Assembly (NCBI GenBank): GCA_951406725.2
Contig: OX597817.1
Span: 40,424,001 to 40,488,000, forward strand
DNA: 64,000 nt
Direction: 5' to 3'
From: Octopus vulgaris
Lineage: Eukaryota
In this document: in pieces, positions 38,843 through 52,900 of the stretch
How positions within the stretch are numbered: the stretch's first letter is position 1
How the letters are laid out: each line of letters begins with the position of its first letter
Notes under the pieces: generated by a model
Database searches by the model: none
What the model saw: only the letters and a program-made list of their open reading frames with translations
Told to the model about the DNA's origin: nothing
Position numbers and translations under genes: made by a program

Positions 38843-41800
38843 TCAGCATCATCATCATCACCATTTAATGTCTGTTGTCTATGCTGGCATGGGTTGGTTG
38901 GTTTGACTCTGCTGGCAGGCTGGAAGGCTGTACCAGACTCCACTCTTATTTGGCATGGTTTTCTATGGCTGGATGCCCTTCCTTACGGCAACCACTCCAA
39001 CAGTGTAATGGGTGCTTTTACGTGCCACCAGCATGGGTGCCATTTGTGTGACCCCAGGGTGTGTTTACATGCTATCAGCAAGGGTGTCAATTTGCACGAC
39101 GCTGGTATCTGTCATGACTGCGATTTTGCTTGGTTTGATGGGTCTTCTTCTCAAGCACAACATAATGCCAAAGGTCTTAGTCATTGCCTCTGTGAGGACC
39201 AACACTTGAAAGGAACTCAGCCACCTTGCTTCCATGAGGTCCAGTGCTTGAAAGGAACTCAGCCAATTTGCCTCCGTGAGGCCCAGTGCTCAAAAGGAAC
39301 TCAGCAACCTTGCCTCCATGTGGCCCAGCACTTGAAAGGAACTCAGCCGCCTTGATCCGTGAGGCCCAACACTCGAAAGGAACTCATATATATATATATA
39401 TGCATATATATACATTTTTTTATCGTATATCTCTTACTTATTTCAGTCATTAGACTGTGGCCATGCGGGAGCACTGCCTTGAAACATTTTAGTCCACCGA
39501 ATCAACCCCAGTACTTATTTGTTTTTTAAAATCTGCTGCTTATTCTATTAGACTCTTTTGCTAAACCGCTAAGTTGCGGGAACATAAACACACCAATACG
39601 GGTTATTATCAAGCAGTGGGAGAACAAACACAGACACAACACACACACACACACACACATTATACATATGATAGGCTTCTTTCAGTTTCCATCTTCCAAA
39701 TCCATTCCCAAAGCTTTGGTCAGCTTGAGGTGCCATTCAGCGGGACTGAACCCAGAGCCATGTGGCTGGGAAGCAAATTTTACCACACAGCCACACCTAT
39801 ATTTGCATGTATTTATAAGTTTCACTGTACCAAAAGACTGCTTTGTTCATCTCCCCTTTGTTTATCATCATTCGTTTATTTATTTACATTTTATTTTTAA
39901 CTCTTTCTCTCATTTCTATTTCATTGGCAGGCTGCTTCTTTTATCCATTGCATTTCTACTCATACCATTCCTTCCGGCCAGTAATCTGTTCTTTCGTGTT
40001 GGTTTTGTAATAGCTGAACGCATCCTGTACTTGCCCAGTGTTGGCTACTGTATGTTATTTGTGATTGGGCTCCAGCAGTTTTGTCAGCACAATGTCTTTT
40101 CTAAAAAGGTAAATATGTCACTCAAAATCTTTTACATTTTTATTTCCTTTTAAAAAATTTTTTTGCATACAAGCATTAGGCATGGCTGTGTGGTAAGAAG
40201 TTTGCTTCCTAACCATTTGGTTTCAGGTTCTGTCCCACTACATGACACCTTGGGTAAGTGTCTATGTTCTATAGCCTCGGACCAACCAAAACCATGTGAG
40301 TGGATTTAGTAGACAGAAACTGAAAAGAAGCCCTTAATATATATGTTGTGACACTCCATTGGTTATGACGACGAGGGTTCCAGTTGATCCGATCAATGGA
40401 ACAGAATGCTCGTGAAATTAATGTGCAAGTGGCTGAGCACTCCACAGTCACGTGAACCCTTAACATAGTTCTCGGGGAGATTCAGCATGACACAGTATGA
40501 CAAGGCTGGCCCTTTGAAATACAGGTACAACAGAAACAGGAAGAAAGAGTGAGAGAAAGTTGCAGTGAAAGAGTACAACAGGGTTCGCCACCACCCCCTG
40601 CTGGAGCCTTGTGGAGCTTTAGGTGTTTTCGCTCAATAATCATTCACAACACCCAGTCTGGGAATTGTAACCACGATCCATCAAAGTCATCTTTACCTTT
40701 CATCCTTTCAGGGTTACTCTCCCTTTTTACTCTTTTTTTACTCTTTTACTTGTTTCAGTCATTTAACTGTAGCCATGCTGGAACACCGCCTCTAGTCGGG
40801 CAAATCAATCCCAGGACTTATTCTTTGTAAGCCTAGTACTTATTCTATTTGTCACTTTTGCCGAACCGCTAAGTTACGGGGATGTAAACACACCAGCATC
40901 AGTTGTCAAGCGATGTTGGGGGGACAAACACAGACACACACACACACACACACAGACACACATGTATATATATATATATATATATATACACGACTTGCTT
41001 CTTTTCAGTTTCTGTCTACCAAATCCATTCAGAAGGCTTTGGTTGGCCTGAGGCTATAATAGAAGACACATGCCCAAGGTTCCACACAGTGGGACAGAAC
41101 CCAGAACCATGTGGTTGGTAAGCAAGCTACTTACCACACAGCCACTCCTGCACCTTGATGAAATAAGTACCAGTTGTGCGCTAGTGTCAATGTAATCAGC
41201 TAGCCCCCATTTAAATTTCATGGATTATTACATTAATTTGTTGTATAAGCTGGTTAATTGCTAATAAAAAGAGATGTTGAAAATATTTATTATATAAAGA
41301 TTAGTTAGATATCGGCATAGACAATGGCTGAAATGCTGTTTTGTGCACACTTGTTTATGATAAGAAAATACATATTTCCTGCATAGGTGTAGGAAGTAAT
41401 CATGCTTGTAACAGACAATGGAAGACTCAGGTGGAAGAAGGTAGATTTGATCTGTAAACATTGGTCCTCAGAAGAAATATTGCCAAACCAGGCGATCATC
41501 TCCATCATTTATTGTCTGTGTTCCATGCTAGCATGGATTGGGTGGCTTATAAGACCTGATGAGTCAGAGGATTGTACCAAGCTCCTTGCCTGCTTTGGCA
41601 TGGTTCCTGTGCTTAGAAGCTCTTCCTAATGCCAACCAGTTCACAAATTGTTTTGAGTACTTTTTCATGCCACCACCGCCAGTGTGGTTGCCAAGTTACT
41701 TGCAAGACAGAAAAAAAAAACAGGGGGGAAAACGAAAAGAATCAAAAGCCCCCTTTGACCAAGTGGCAAGCAGTGGGGGTATTTGAGAGTGGAAGGTGGC

Positions 41801-44800
41801 TTTATATTAGGTGTTGAGAGGCCAAAGTATGATAGAGAGACAAATACAGGGGTCTTGTGTCTTACTGTAGAGGAGATACATGTCTACCCCACATTATATG
41901 AGATGGATGGAGTAGCTGAGAAGGAAATAAAGTTGGTAGTGATGGAGCACCAGAGCAAACACTCAAAGTATTAGGTGAGAATATGAGAGGATGCAGATGG
42001 TGGTGGTGGCGGTGGCAGTGGTGGTGGTGGTGGTGTGTGTGTGTGTACAAGCACTTGAAGTTTGATGGTTGTTTTTAAACTGTATAAATAAACTGAAGTC
42101 AGTTACAGATTGACACTGTATAAAAGAAAAGTATTATAAAGCATCTACCTGACATTAATCTTATAAAGCTTTTAAGGTTTAGCTGTCAGCTTCATTGAGT
42201 ATTCAGAAAATATTTAATTGCAGTTACATGTACCAAAGCAAAATTGTTGTTGTTGTTGTTGTTGCAGTTATTGAGACATTTAAAGACTTAACATAGAACA
42301 CTAGATTGCTTTCAGTGCTCAGCAGAGAGAGAGAGAGAAGTGTCTTTGATATTTCTATAAAAACAAAAACAGATCAAGGCAGCCTCAGTAAATTCAAATT
42401 CTCAGGATTCCATTAATTATCAACAGGATGTTGTTCATTTTAGATATTTTAAGAAGTTCAATGATAAGTTGCAACAAAATCTATACAAGCTCGAACGGAT
42501 CATTAAAAGAAGTTATCAAGTTGAATGTAAACTGTCAGATGAAAACTAGAATAAAGACCTAACAAGTGAGACTTTACATGGCCATTTGACATGGCAGATA
42601 TAGTAGCTAAATCTCCATCAAATTACATCCACCATTTTGAAAAAAAGAAAAAAGAACACTGAATAATTTAGTCTCAGATATTTTATTTTTGAAAACAACA
42701 CTGTTCATGGTTGAAACAATGAAATGAAATTTATCAATTCTCGAAGAACTCAGAGTCTGAAACAGTATTCTAATACTCTATAAGAGCTTGTTACTTATGA
42801 ATTGGCTTTTATATTCTTTACCTATTGGCTGAAAAAAAAAAGCTGTAAAGTATTAAATCCAAAGATGTGTTATTGCAGAGAAGCTCATCATCATCATTAT
42901 ATTCATTTTACATCCACTTTCCATGCTAGACTGGGGTTGGACAGGCCATGGTCTGAGTTTTTATTCAGTTACTGCACTCTTAGATAGGCCAGAAGGCCAT
43001 GTCTAATTTGTATGTTTAATTTGTATTTCCTTTCTATCAGCAGTCACTTTACAAAATATGAAAGATGCTTGCTGTACCTTAGTTTCCCAAGCAATCACCT
43101 ATCTAAGTACTAAATAAGCTTGATGTTTTTTGACATGATATGGCCATAAACAAAATGAAAGATACAGCACTTAAGTTTCCGAAGCAGTAATCTATCTAAG
43201 AACTGTCTGGGCTTGACATTGTTTAACTTGAAAGGGAAATTTCACAAGACAGTCAGTCGCCTGCTGACACTTGTTAACGCTACATCGAAGAGGCCAGGGA
43301 ACAGAAAAAAGAAGACATGTGCCCAACACCAGAGCTGAAGACACCTCTGAAAGGTGGGGTCCTACCACATCAAACCAGTAGAGGAGTAGGGGCCGAAACC
43401 GGACGTGGTTCCTCCTGATGATGTCTTGTGCTAACTGGATCCTATAAAGGAGCTGTTTTGGTAGCAGACCACGAAACACGGTTAAAATTCCAGTGGTTGG
43501 GTGAGAAGAAGCATTTTCTATGTGATAGTGGCCTTCAACCATATCCAACCAAAATATTCTACCAGCTTTATGTTCAAACTGACCAGATCTGATCTTTCCA
43601 ATGTCATTCTGATAAAACAGTCATATCACTGAAATATTGAAGCTATGAGATAATGCATGATTAATTTAAAACAATGTGAATGAATGAGCATAACCTCTGA
43701 CAGAATAATCTGAATGCAAAGGCGTTAAACAATAAAGGTGGACAGATTCCCCAATGAGAATTGAAACTAGGCAACTGTGATAAGCCACTACATCAAGGAG
43801 ACACTATCTATAATATATTTTGTTGTTTAACCCTTTAGCATTCATGTTGCTCTTTATCAAATGTAACACTTATTTATTTAAGAGAGCAAAGTGTACGTAC
43901 GCTGCTATATATATATATAAAATTCAAAATGGGACAAGAACGCAAAACATCTGGACAGCTAGGTGATACAAAAAGGGACAACAAAACATCCAGATTGACG
44001 ATACAAAGAAAACAAGGACAGGTCATTTGAAGCTCTCTATCCTCAGTCAAGCACCAGATTATCCTCATAATTTCAGCTGATTATTCTTGAGATTGCTCCA
44101 ATCTGGCCAACCCCAAGGAAAAACTCAGCTAAGAGCATTAGATTCCTTGGAAGAAAGCAACAAATGTATACAAAAACAAGGACAGAAAAATGTGCATTGT
44201 TTTGAATGAATGATGCCTTATCTTTTGGCTTCAAGATGTTGATGATATGATTGTTTATTTTTACAAAGACATTGTAGCACAGATAGGCTGAATCTGGCTG
44301 TTTTGACATAAAACAGGTAGAATATCTGTGCCAGATATGGCCTGTTTAAATGCTAATGAGTTAATAATAACCACTTGTAGGTTGCCTGGGGCAGTTGTAG
44401 AGGTTACTCCAGTTTCTCCTCCTCCACTCCTCTCCACATTTAACATGACAGGATACATATATAAAGTACTGGCCATAAGAATACATACAGCCTGTTTTAG
44501 ATTTGCCCCTGTTAGATACATAATTGAATTAAAAGTAAAATAATGAGTTTATTGTATAGTGTGCAGATGTACCTCAAATCATCAGAAAAGGGTTAAACAA
44601 GGAACAGAAAGCAGCACTAAGCTAAGTAAAGAGAGAGAGCAATGAAAGCCAAAAGTACATGCATAGTACACGGAATAAAACACAAAAATAGCAGTTAGAC
44701 ACTGCTTTCATTTTTTAAGTGTATCTCTACAGATTTTCTATAGAATTTAAAGCTACCACTAACAGTTACGACGTTTTGTGTATGAATACATCTATGTAAC

Positions 44801-45020
44801 TAATGCAGTACTGGCTCTAAATTCCATAAAAAATCTGTAGAGATACACAAAAAAAAAAATGAAAGCAACACACTGCTAACACAAAAGGACACAATATTGA
44901 CTTTAAGAATCTCACATATATATATAATAGTATTTTATAAGCTTAAAGCTTATAAAATATTATTATTATTTACAAAATTATAAAAACCAATGCTGCTTAA
45001 CAAAAACCTTTGCAGTAAAA

Positions 45021-45062
<42 letters not shown>

Positions 45063-45139
45063 GTATTTAAGCTTAAAGCTTATAAAATACTATTATTATT
45101 ATTTACAGAATTGTAAAAATCAATGCTGACTAACAAAAA

Positions 45140-45178
<39 letters not shown>

Positions 45179-45191
45179 CATATATATATAT

Positions 45192-45231
<40 letters not shown>

Positions 45232-48200
45232 GTTACACATGCATGAAGGTTTTACAATGGTGTCTGAAGAAGCAAAAGAGAAGGTTATCTTTTCTTTCCT
45301 CAGATACTGCACCAATTTTGCTGAGGATCTCTGTGACTAAATATCTGGATATCACAAGTGAGAAATTGTGGAATGAAAGTGACAACAGGTACTAAACAAA
45401 TAAACACACACAAGCATGTACGTATATATATATATATATATAAACGATGATGATGATGATGATATATATATGGAAGTACATGTGTGTATGTGTCTATGAA
45501 TGTACATATATGTGTCCAAATATGTGACTGCATATGTATGTGTGTATGTACATGTGTTTGTACAAGAGTGTATGCATGTATGTAGATGTATATGTGTATA
45601 TACATGTATGAACAAGTGTGTATGTACATGTGTGTGTATATATGACTGTGCATGTTTGTTTGCATGTGTTTGTGAACGTATACGTTTGTATGTGTGTGTA
45701 GGTATGAAATTTTAAATATCCTTTATGAAATCTAAAACTGATAAACACACATTCACAGTTCAGCCGTAGTTTATCCAAACAATCATTTCTTTATCTTTCA
45801 GGTTGTGACTTCATTGTTAATATTTTTGGTTGTTATAAACATATACAGATCAGTGCAGGTAAAACCTTTTGCTTTATATTTATAATAATGAGCTTCTTGA
45901 ATACAATGCTCAGGTGCATGACAACTTACGCTCTATACGTTAATAACATAATGAAGGGATTAACAGCAGGTGTTTCTGAAGATTCTTCTCTTACAATACA
46001 AATTATTTAACCCCTTTGTGACAGACCCACCTGTGACTGTCTCATGTTCTAAACTGTTTGTTTAAAATGTTCATATTTTAATTAAAACTTCAGTCGCAGT
46101 TTTATGTTGTTATCTTTAATTATGTTGCAAATACTAACTAAACGATATAAAGTTAATTATTTCACTAAATTATTTCAAAGTCTTGTTTTTCAAATTTTTC
46201 AAATTTAGTTAATGTCAGGTATTTTGTTTGAAATGTAATTAGCAAAGGGTGAACGGCAAAGCAGTGTAGTTACAAAGTTTGTTTCATAACCACATGTTTC
46301 AGGTTTGGTCCCACCTCACGGTACCTGGGGGGTCTTCTACAATAGCCTTTTAAATGGATTTGATTGATGGAAACTGTGGAATCCTTTCCTATGTTGATGT
46401 GTGTGTACAGAGAGAAAGAGAGAATTACAGTATGGAAGACATATTAACCATTCAAAAACACACAAAGATTGATAACTTCACTTAGACATTTTTCATTTGG
46501 TGTCAAAATTTTGTCACATGAATTGAGGAATTGCAACCTGGTCACTGACATAGTTCTACTACACCTCCAAAATGTGTGTGTGTGTGTGTGCATGCATTTG
46601 TCTCACACCTGATAACTGGTGTTGGTTTGTTTCCAACCTTGTAACTTAACAGCTCAGCCTAATAAATCTATAGAAAAAGTACCAGACTTTAAAAAAAGGA
46701 ATAGGTTCTGAGGCTGATTTATTTGACTAAACTCTTGGCCCCAGCATGGCCTCCAGCTAATGACAGAAACAAGTAAATGAATGAAAGAACACATCTAAGT
46801 GTTTGTTTCAAAGGACCTGCTGTTCTACTACCTGTTGGAGTAGTAGCTAATAGTAGTAGTTGTAGGGAATAGAATAATAATAATAATGAAATTGTATACA
46901 GTGCTCAGGTGCACCACAACTTGTCAAAAGTGCATATAAAGCATATGCAGTAATGTACAAATGTCTGGGAAGTGAACAGTGTATGAGTCAGATACATGCT
47001 TGCATGTGTATGGAGGGGAGAAAATCAGGTGTAGTGTTGGCAAATCCCAAGAAGCATGGAAGTTTTGAAGGATGCAGTGTTCCGACAACTAACAACTGAT
47101 GCCAGCAGTTTGTTCCATACTTCAGCAACTCTTAAATAGTCTTGGTCTAATCTTTCCTCCTACACTACAATAACCTTATAATATTTAAGCAGCAATGATA
47201 GGAAAATAAATAAATAATAACTTAGTAATAAATGAATAACCATCTGTTCTGTTATATTTCATTCAAAATTAAACTATGAAACAAATGATGACATTTATTT
47301 CAAGTTGTTGTTGACCAGTAACTCAACAATCCACTTCTATTGCCTTTTAAGAAATGTCACCAACTTTTGTCTTTAAAACTTTCTTTTAACTAAACTAAGA
47401 ATATAAGTTTGTACCTAAACAAAAAGGGGATAAGAAGGAGCATGATTGTGTGATTAAGGAGTCCTCTTCACAATATTGTTCCAAGTTCAGTACCACTCAT
47501 AGTCAAGGCTTATTAGAATAGGGTTCAGTCAGTATATTGGTCTGAGGTCTGGAGAGCCAAAGAGGAGCATGTAAATATCTGACAGGGCCCTTCCAAATAA
47601 AATAAAAGAAAAGAGAGAAAAAAATCCAGAGCAGGAGTAGCTGTGTGGTAAGTAGCTTGCTTACCAACCACATGGTTCTGGGTTCATTCCCACTGCATGG
47701 CACCTTGGGCAAGTGTCTTCTATTATAGACTTGGGCTGACCAAAGCCTTGTAATTGGATTTGGTAGACGGAAACTGAAAGAAGCCCGTCATATATATATG
47801 TGTGTGTGTATGTTTGTGTGTCTGTGTTTGTTCACCCAACATCGCTTGACAACCGATGGTGGTGTGTTTATGTCCCCGTAACTTAGCAGTTCAGCAAAAG
47901 AGACTGATAGAATAAGTACTAGGCTTACAAAGAATAAATCCTGGGGTCGATTTGCTTGACTAAAGGTGGTGCTCCAGCATGGCCGCAGTCAAATGACTGA
48001 AACAAGTAAAAGAAATAAGAGAAGAGAGCCCCTGCTTATGACATCATGAGTTGGCCAATAGCTTTTGAGTGTAATTTGGTAAATGGAAACTATGCAGAAG
48101 CTTGTATATGTATATACAGTTATGCTTCACTTTATGAGGACCTGCTTTGCAAGATCCTCAGTTTATGAGTTTTAGTTTATAATAAAATTTTCAAGCACAA

Positions 48201-49437
48201 GATCCATATTTTGAACGAAGTGCTAAAATTTCTACTACCATAAAAATGCTTCTGCATGTTACTGATAAATTTATAGAGAGCAAAAAAAAACTTCTAAGCA
48301 AATAACTCTAGACTTGTTTTTTGGAAAAGGAATCTACATTTCCGTCTATGAGTGTTAGTGAATTGGCGATCGTGTCTACAAGTGATGTTGTGCATGAGTC
48401 TTGTGCGAGTGCGAGTGATTCACAAAACAATAATAATAATATTTTTTATTATAAATGATCTTGACATACTTTTTACTTTACGCAAAATATTCTTTACATT
48501 CTACTGTTGTTTTATTGCCATTTATTTATGAGTATTATAAATTTTATTGCTAAAATATTTTTCTGGGAATGAATTACGATTTATAACATTGCTCCTGCGG
48601 GAAATTATTGCTCTGCTTTACGAGTTTTTCTTTATGAGCGGTCTCTGGGAACAAATTAACTTGTATATCGAGGCATTGCTATATATTTTTTGCCAGTGTG
48701 TATATCACCAAGAGATAAACATCAGTTAGAAAAAAATTTGAAAAAAAATTGGTGATCATAGAATGGTATTTCATTTACTCCAAGTTACATACTTGTCACT
48801 CTCACAGTCAAATAGGCAGTGAACCACTGATTGGTTCACTGGAAACCTATAAACAGCAATGATATTGGTTTCAAATTTTGGCACAAGGCCAGCAAGTTCA
48901 AGTGAGGTATACCAGTGCTCAACTGGTACTCATTTTATTGACTCCAAAAAGATGAAAGAAAAAGTCAACCTCAGCAGAATTTGAACTCAGAACATAAAAA
49001 TGGACAAAATGCCTCTAACTATTTTGCCTGGTGTACTAATGATTCTATCAGCTCTCTGCCTTATAAACAGCAATGATAATGATCACCAATAGTGATAGAA
49101 AATATATAAGTGTAGACCTATGTGTGTCATGTGTTGCTTCCCAACTACATAGATGGGCACCTTGGGCAAATGTCTTCTCTTGTCCAGGATCAATCGATGC
49201 CTTATACCACAGGGATCTGTTCTTGGTCCCCTTTTGTTTGTTGCATACATTAATGGCATAGATGCCAACTTAAACAATGCCACAGTGCTGAAATATGCAG
49301 ATGACATCAAGCTGTACCTTGAGATAAAATGGACAGATCCTGAATACTATAGATCTTTCCTGCAATCGGACCCGGAAACAGGCTGACCAAAGCATTGTGA
49401 ATGGATTTAAAAGATAGAAACTGAAAGAAGTTCATTT

Positions 49438-49472
<35 letters not shown>

Positions 49473-49871
49473 CTTTTTTTTTTACTTTTTTTACTTGTTT
49501 CAGTCATTTGACTGTGGCCATGCTGGAGCACCCACTTTAGTCGAGCAAATTGATCCCAGGACTTGTTTTTTTGTAAGCCTAGTACTTATTCTATCGGTCT
49601 CTTTTGCTGAACCGCTAAGTTATGGTGACGTAAACACACCAGCATCAGTTGTCAAGCGATGTTGAGGGGACAAACATATACATACACATACATATATATA
49701 TACATATATACGACGGGCTTCTTTCAGTTTCCATCTACCAAATCCACTCACAAGGCTTTGGTCGGCCCGAGGCTATAGTAGAAGAGACTTGCCCAAGGTG
49801 CCACACATTGGGATTGAACCCGGAACCATATGGTTGGTAAGCAAGCTACTTACAACACAGCCACTCCTATG

Positions 49872-49938
<67 letters not shown>

Positions 49939-52900
49939 ATGTTTGTGTGTGTGTGGTGGGGTGTCTTGTCTTGACATGACCTGATTGTTGTAAATAAAGA
50001 GTTCTTCATTTTCAGTCTTCTGGGGAAACAGGTGAGGGTTGGCTACAGGTAGTGCACCCAGCCATAGAAAATCAGTTTCAACGTATTCCATCCAGCTTAT
50101 GCTAGCATAGTGTAATGGTTGTTAAAATGATGACAAGCAATGACAATACCCTCTGTCTTCTATGTTCACTACAGAACTGTGGAGGCACATGGCTTAGTGG
50201 TTAGGGATGTTGGTCTCATGGTCATGAGATTGTTGTTTCAGTTCTTGGACTGGATGATGTGTTGTGATCTTGAGCAAAACACTTCATTTCATGTTGCTCC
50301 AGTCTAATCAGCTGACAAAAATTAGTAATCTTGAAATGGACTGGTATCCCATCCAGGAGGAATGTATGCACCATGGAAACCAGGAAACTGAATATGAGTC
50401 TATATGACTCAGAAAGGATCTTTATCCTATCTGTCTCTGCTACAGAGCTCCATAATTATATAAGAAAAGCCCCAAAGTACCACATTTCACTCACATGTTA
50501 TATTATTTATGTTTGCATGCTAGCACATTTCTTATCTCCTGACATATCTGAAGAACTGGGTTTTGTAGATGATACCCAGATGTTTGACGAACTGCTTATG
50601 ACACATGTTTCTTTGGAGAAAATATATTACGATTATGTATATTAACTAACACACACACACCACATATTTATATTAATAAATCTTCAATTTTTTTTTTCAG
50701 AGGAGTTCAGAATGGCAAACAGAATTTCAGTTATTTACTTCAGGTGCAAAAGTCTGTCCATTAAATGCTAAAGTAAGCTTCTTCTCTTTTATAGCATTTT
50801 TATTAAGAGTTCTCTTAAATCTTTCATTTCATTTTACGTAATGCTAGAAAATATGGTTGTTTAAATTATTTAGCAAATGGTACATTAAAATGTCGCATTT
50901 GTAACAATTAACAACAAATATTCACCAAAAGAAAAACAAACAAAAAAAATCCTGCATATGCTCTCTCTGTTTCTCATACATACACACACACACACACAAA
51001 CACACATACAAACACACACACACACTTATGCCTACTTCATGTCTATACATTTAAATGAAATCATCAGGTCAGTGTACCTTCTACAAATACCTACCGTATT
51101 TGATGGCATTATAAAACACTTTTTTTACCTTGAAAAAATGTCTTTGAAAATAAACTCCAGGTCCTATACGTGAAGCTGAGCTTCTCAGAAGCTTTAATGT
51201 ACTACAAAGACTATTTTTACTTAAATAAGCACTTCTGAATTTGGGGTGTGTCTAATATACCCGTGCATCTTTTATGCCATTAAATATTGTACTTTTTTAA
51301 AATGGCATATAGATATAAGCTGCAAATTGAATTAAATATGTATTCCAACTATTTTCTTTTATTTTTATTTAAGATACATTACAACATCGGTAAAGTTCTT
51401 GGAGATGCTGGCCAAGTACAGATGGCAATTGATAAATACTATGAAGCAATAAGGTCAGTTGTTGGTTAATTATTATTATCAAGGCACCAAGCTGGCAGAA
51501 TTGTTAGCATGCTGGGTGAAATACTTAGTGGTATTTCATCCATCTTCACATTCTGAGTTCAAATTCCACCGAGGTTGACTTTACCTTTCGGGGTCAATAA
51601 AATAAGTACCAGTTGTGCACTGGAGTCGATGTAATCGACTATCCCTCACCCCCAAATTTCAGGCCTTGTGCCTATAGTAGAAAAGATTATTATTATTATT
51701 ATTATTATCATCATTATCGAACCACATGGTTCCGGGTTCAGTCCCACTGCATGGCATCTTGGGCAAGTGTCTTCTACTATAGCCTCGGACTGACCAAAGC
51801 CTTGTGAGTGGACTTGGTAGACAGAAACTGAAAGAAGCCTGTTGTATATATGTATATATATATATATATAAATGTGTGTGTATTTGTTTGTGTGTCTATG
51901 TTTGTCACTCCAACATCACTTGACAATCAATGATGGTGTGTTTACGTCCCTGTAACTTAGCGGTTCAGCAAAAGAGACCGATAGAATAAGTACTAGGCTT
52001 ACAAAGAATAAGTCCTAGGGTCGATTTGTTCGACTAAAGGCGGTGCTCCAGCATGGCCACAGTCAAATGATTGAAACTAGTAAAAGAGAGTGAATAAGTC
52101 ATTAAAAAAGGGGGAAATTGACCAACAGGTGTACTGTTGATGAATTTTAGGAAGCATGGAGTTTTGAAGGATGCAGTGTCCTGACAGCTAACAACTGATG
52201 CAGGTAGTTTATTCCATGCTTCAACAATTCTGAGCATGAAAAAAATGTTCCCAAAACTCATAGGTGCTGTGTTGTTATTTGATTTTGTAAGCATGTACAC
52301 AAGTATTAGACATATGGAATTCAAAATATTTATTTATTTATTTTTGTTCTAGATTAAACCCAGAATATGACCAAGCTATGAATAACCTTGCTAATATCTT
52401 AAAAGATCAGGGACAGGAAGAAGCTGCTGAAAATTTATTAACAAAAGCAATTCAAATCAGGTAAATTTAAGATCTTTCAAGTATTTCAATATCAAATGCA
52501 GTAATTAAAGTAATTTGCTGTTGAACTAAATATATTTTCTGTCTGTACTCTTTACTGATGAGCAAAGTTTCAATCATGTTCCCTTCACTGTTTCTCTTCT
52601 CTTCTACATCAGTGGCATCTGTTCCCTTGAACAAGTTATTTACTTATCTCTCCTGGCCTCTCAGCACCAACTACTTCACCAATTCTGATTTGAGGAAGAT
52701 TTAACTGATTGCTATTAAATCATGAACAGATATACCCCAGCCTCTGGTCCACTAGTGTACTTTCTTCTCTCTGTCTCTTTTATTACTACTATAATTTGAA
52801 TTTGAAATCGAACCAAATTCGAAATTGAATTTGAAATTGAACCAAATTCGACGACTGGCACCCATGCCAACCTCCCTTCATTGGACACTAAACTCTGCTT

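Noticed and set aside
38777-39355. 192-aa ORF with repeated LKGTQP units
   Set aside because: Built from (TA)n, an antisense RTE 3' UTR and a 39-bp minisatellite; not a gene.
39190-39385. Regularly spaced repeats superficially like a CRISPR array
   Set aside because: The units are tandem with no unique spacers, the context is eukaryotic, and there are no cas genes.
43394-43425. GAAACC..GGTT..CTGATGA arrangement resembling a type II hammerhead
   Set aside because: Only about 4 nt are available for stem I and there is no stem II complementarity.
45123-45778. Several Tyr/Ile/His/Thr-rich ORFs
   Set aside because: (TA)n/(TG)n microsatellite translations.
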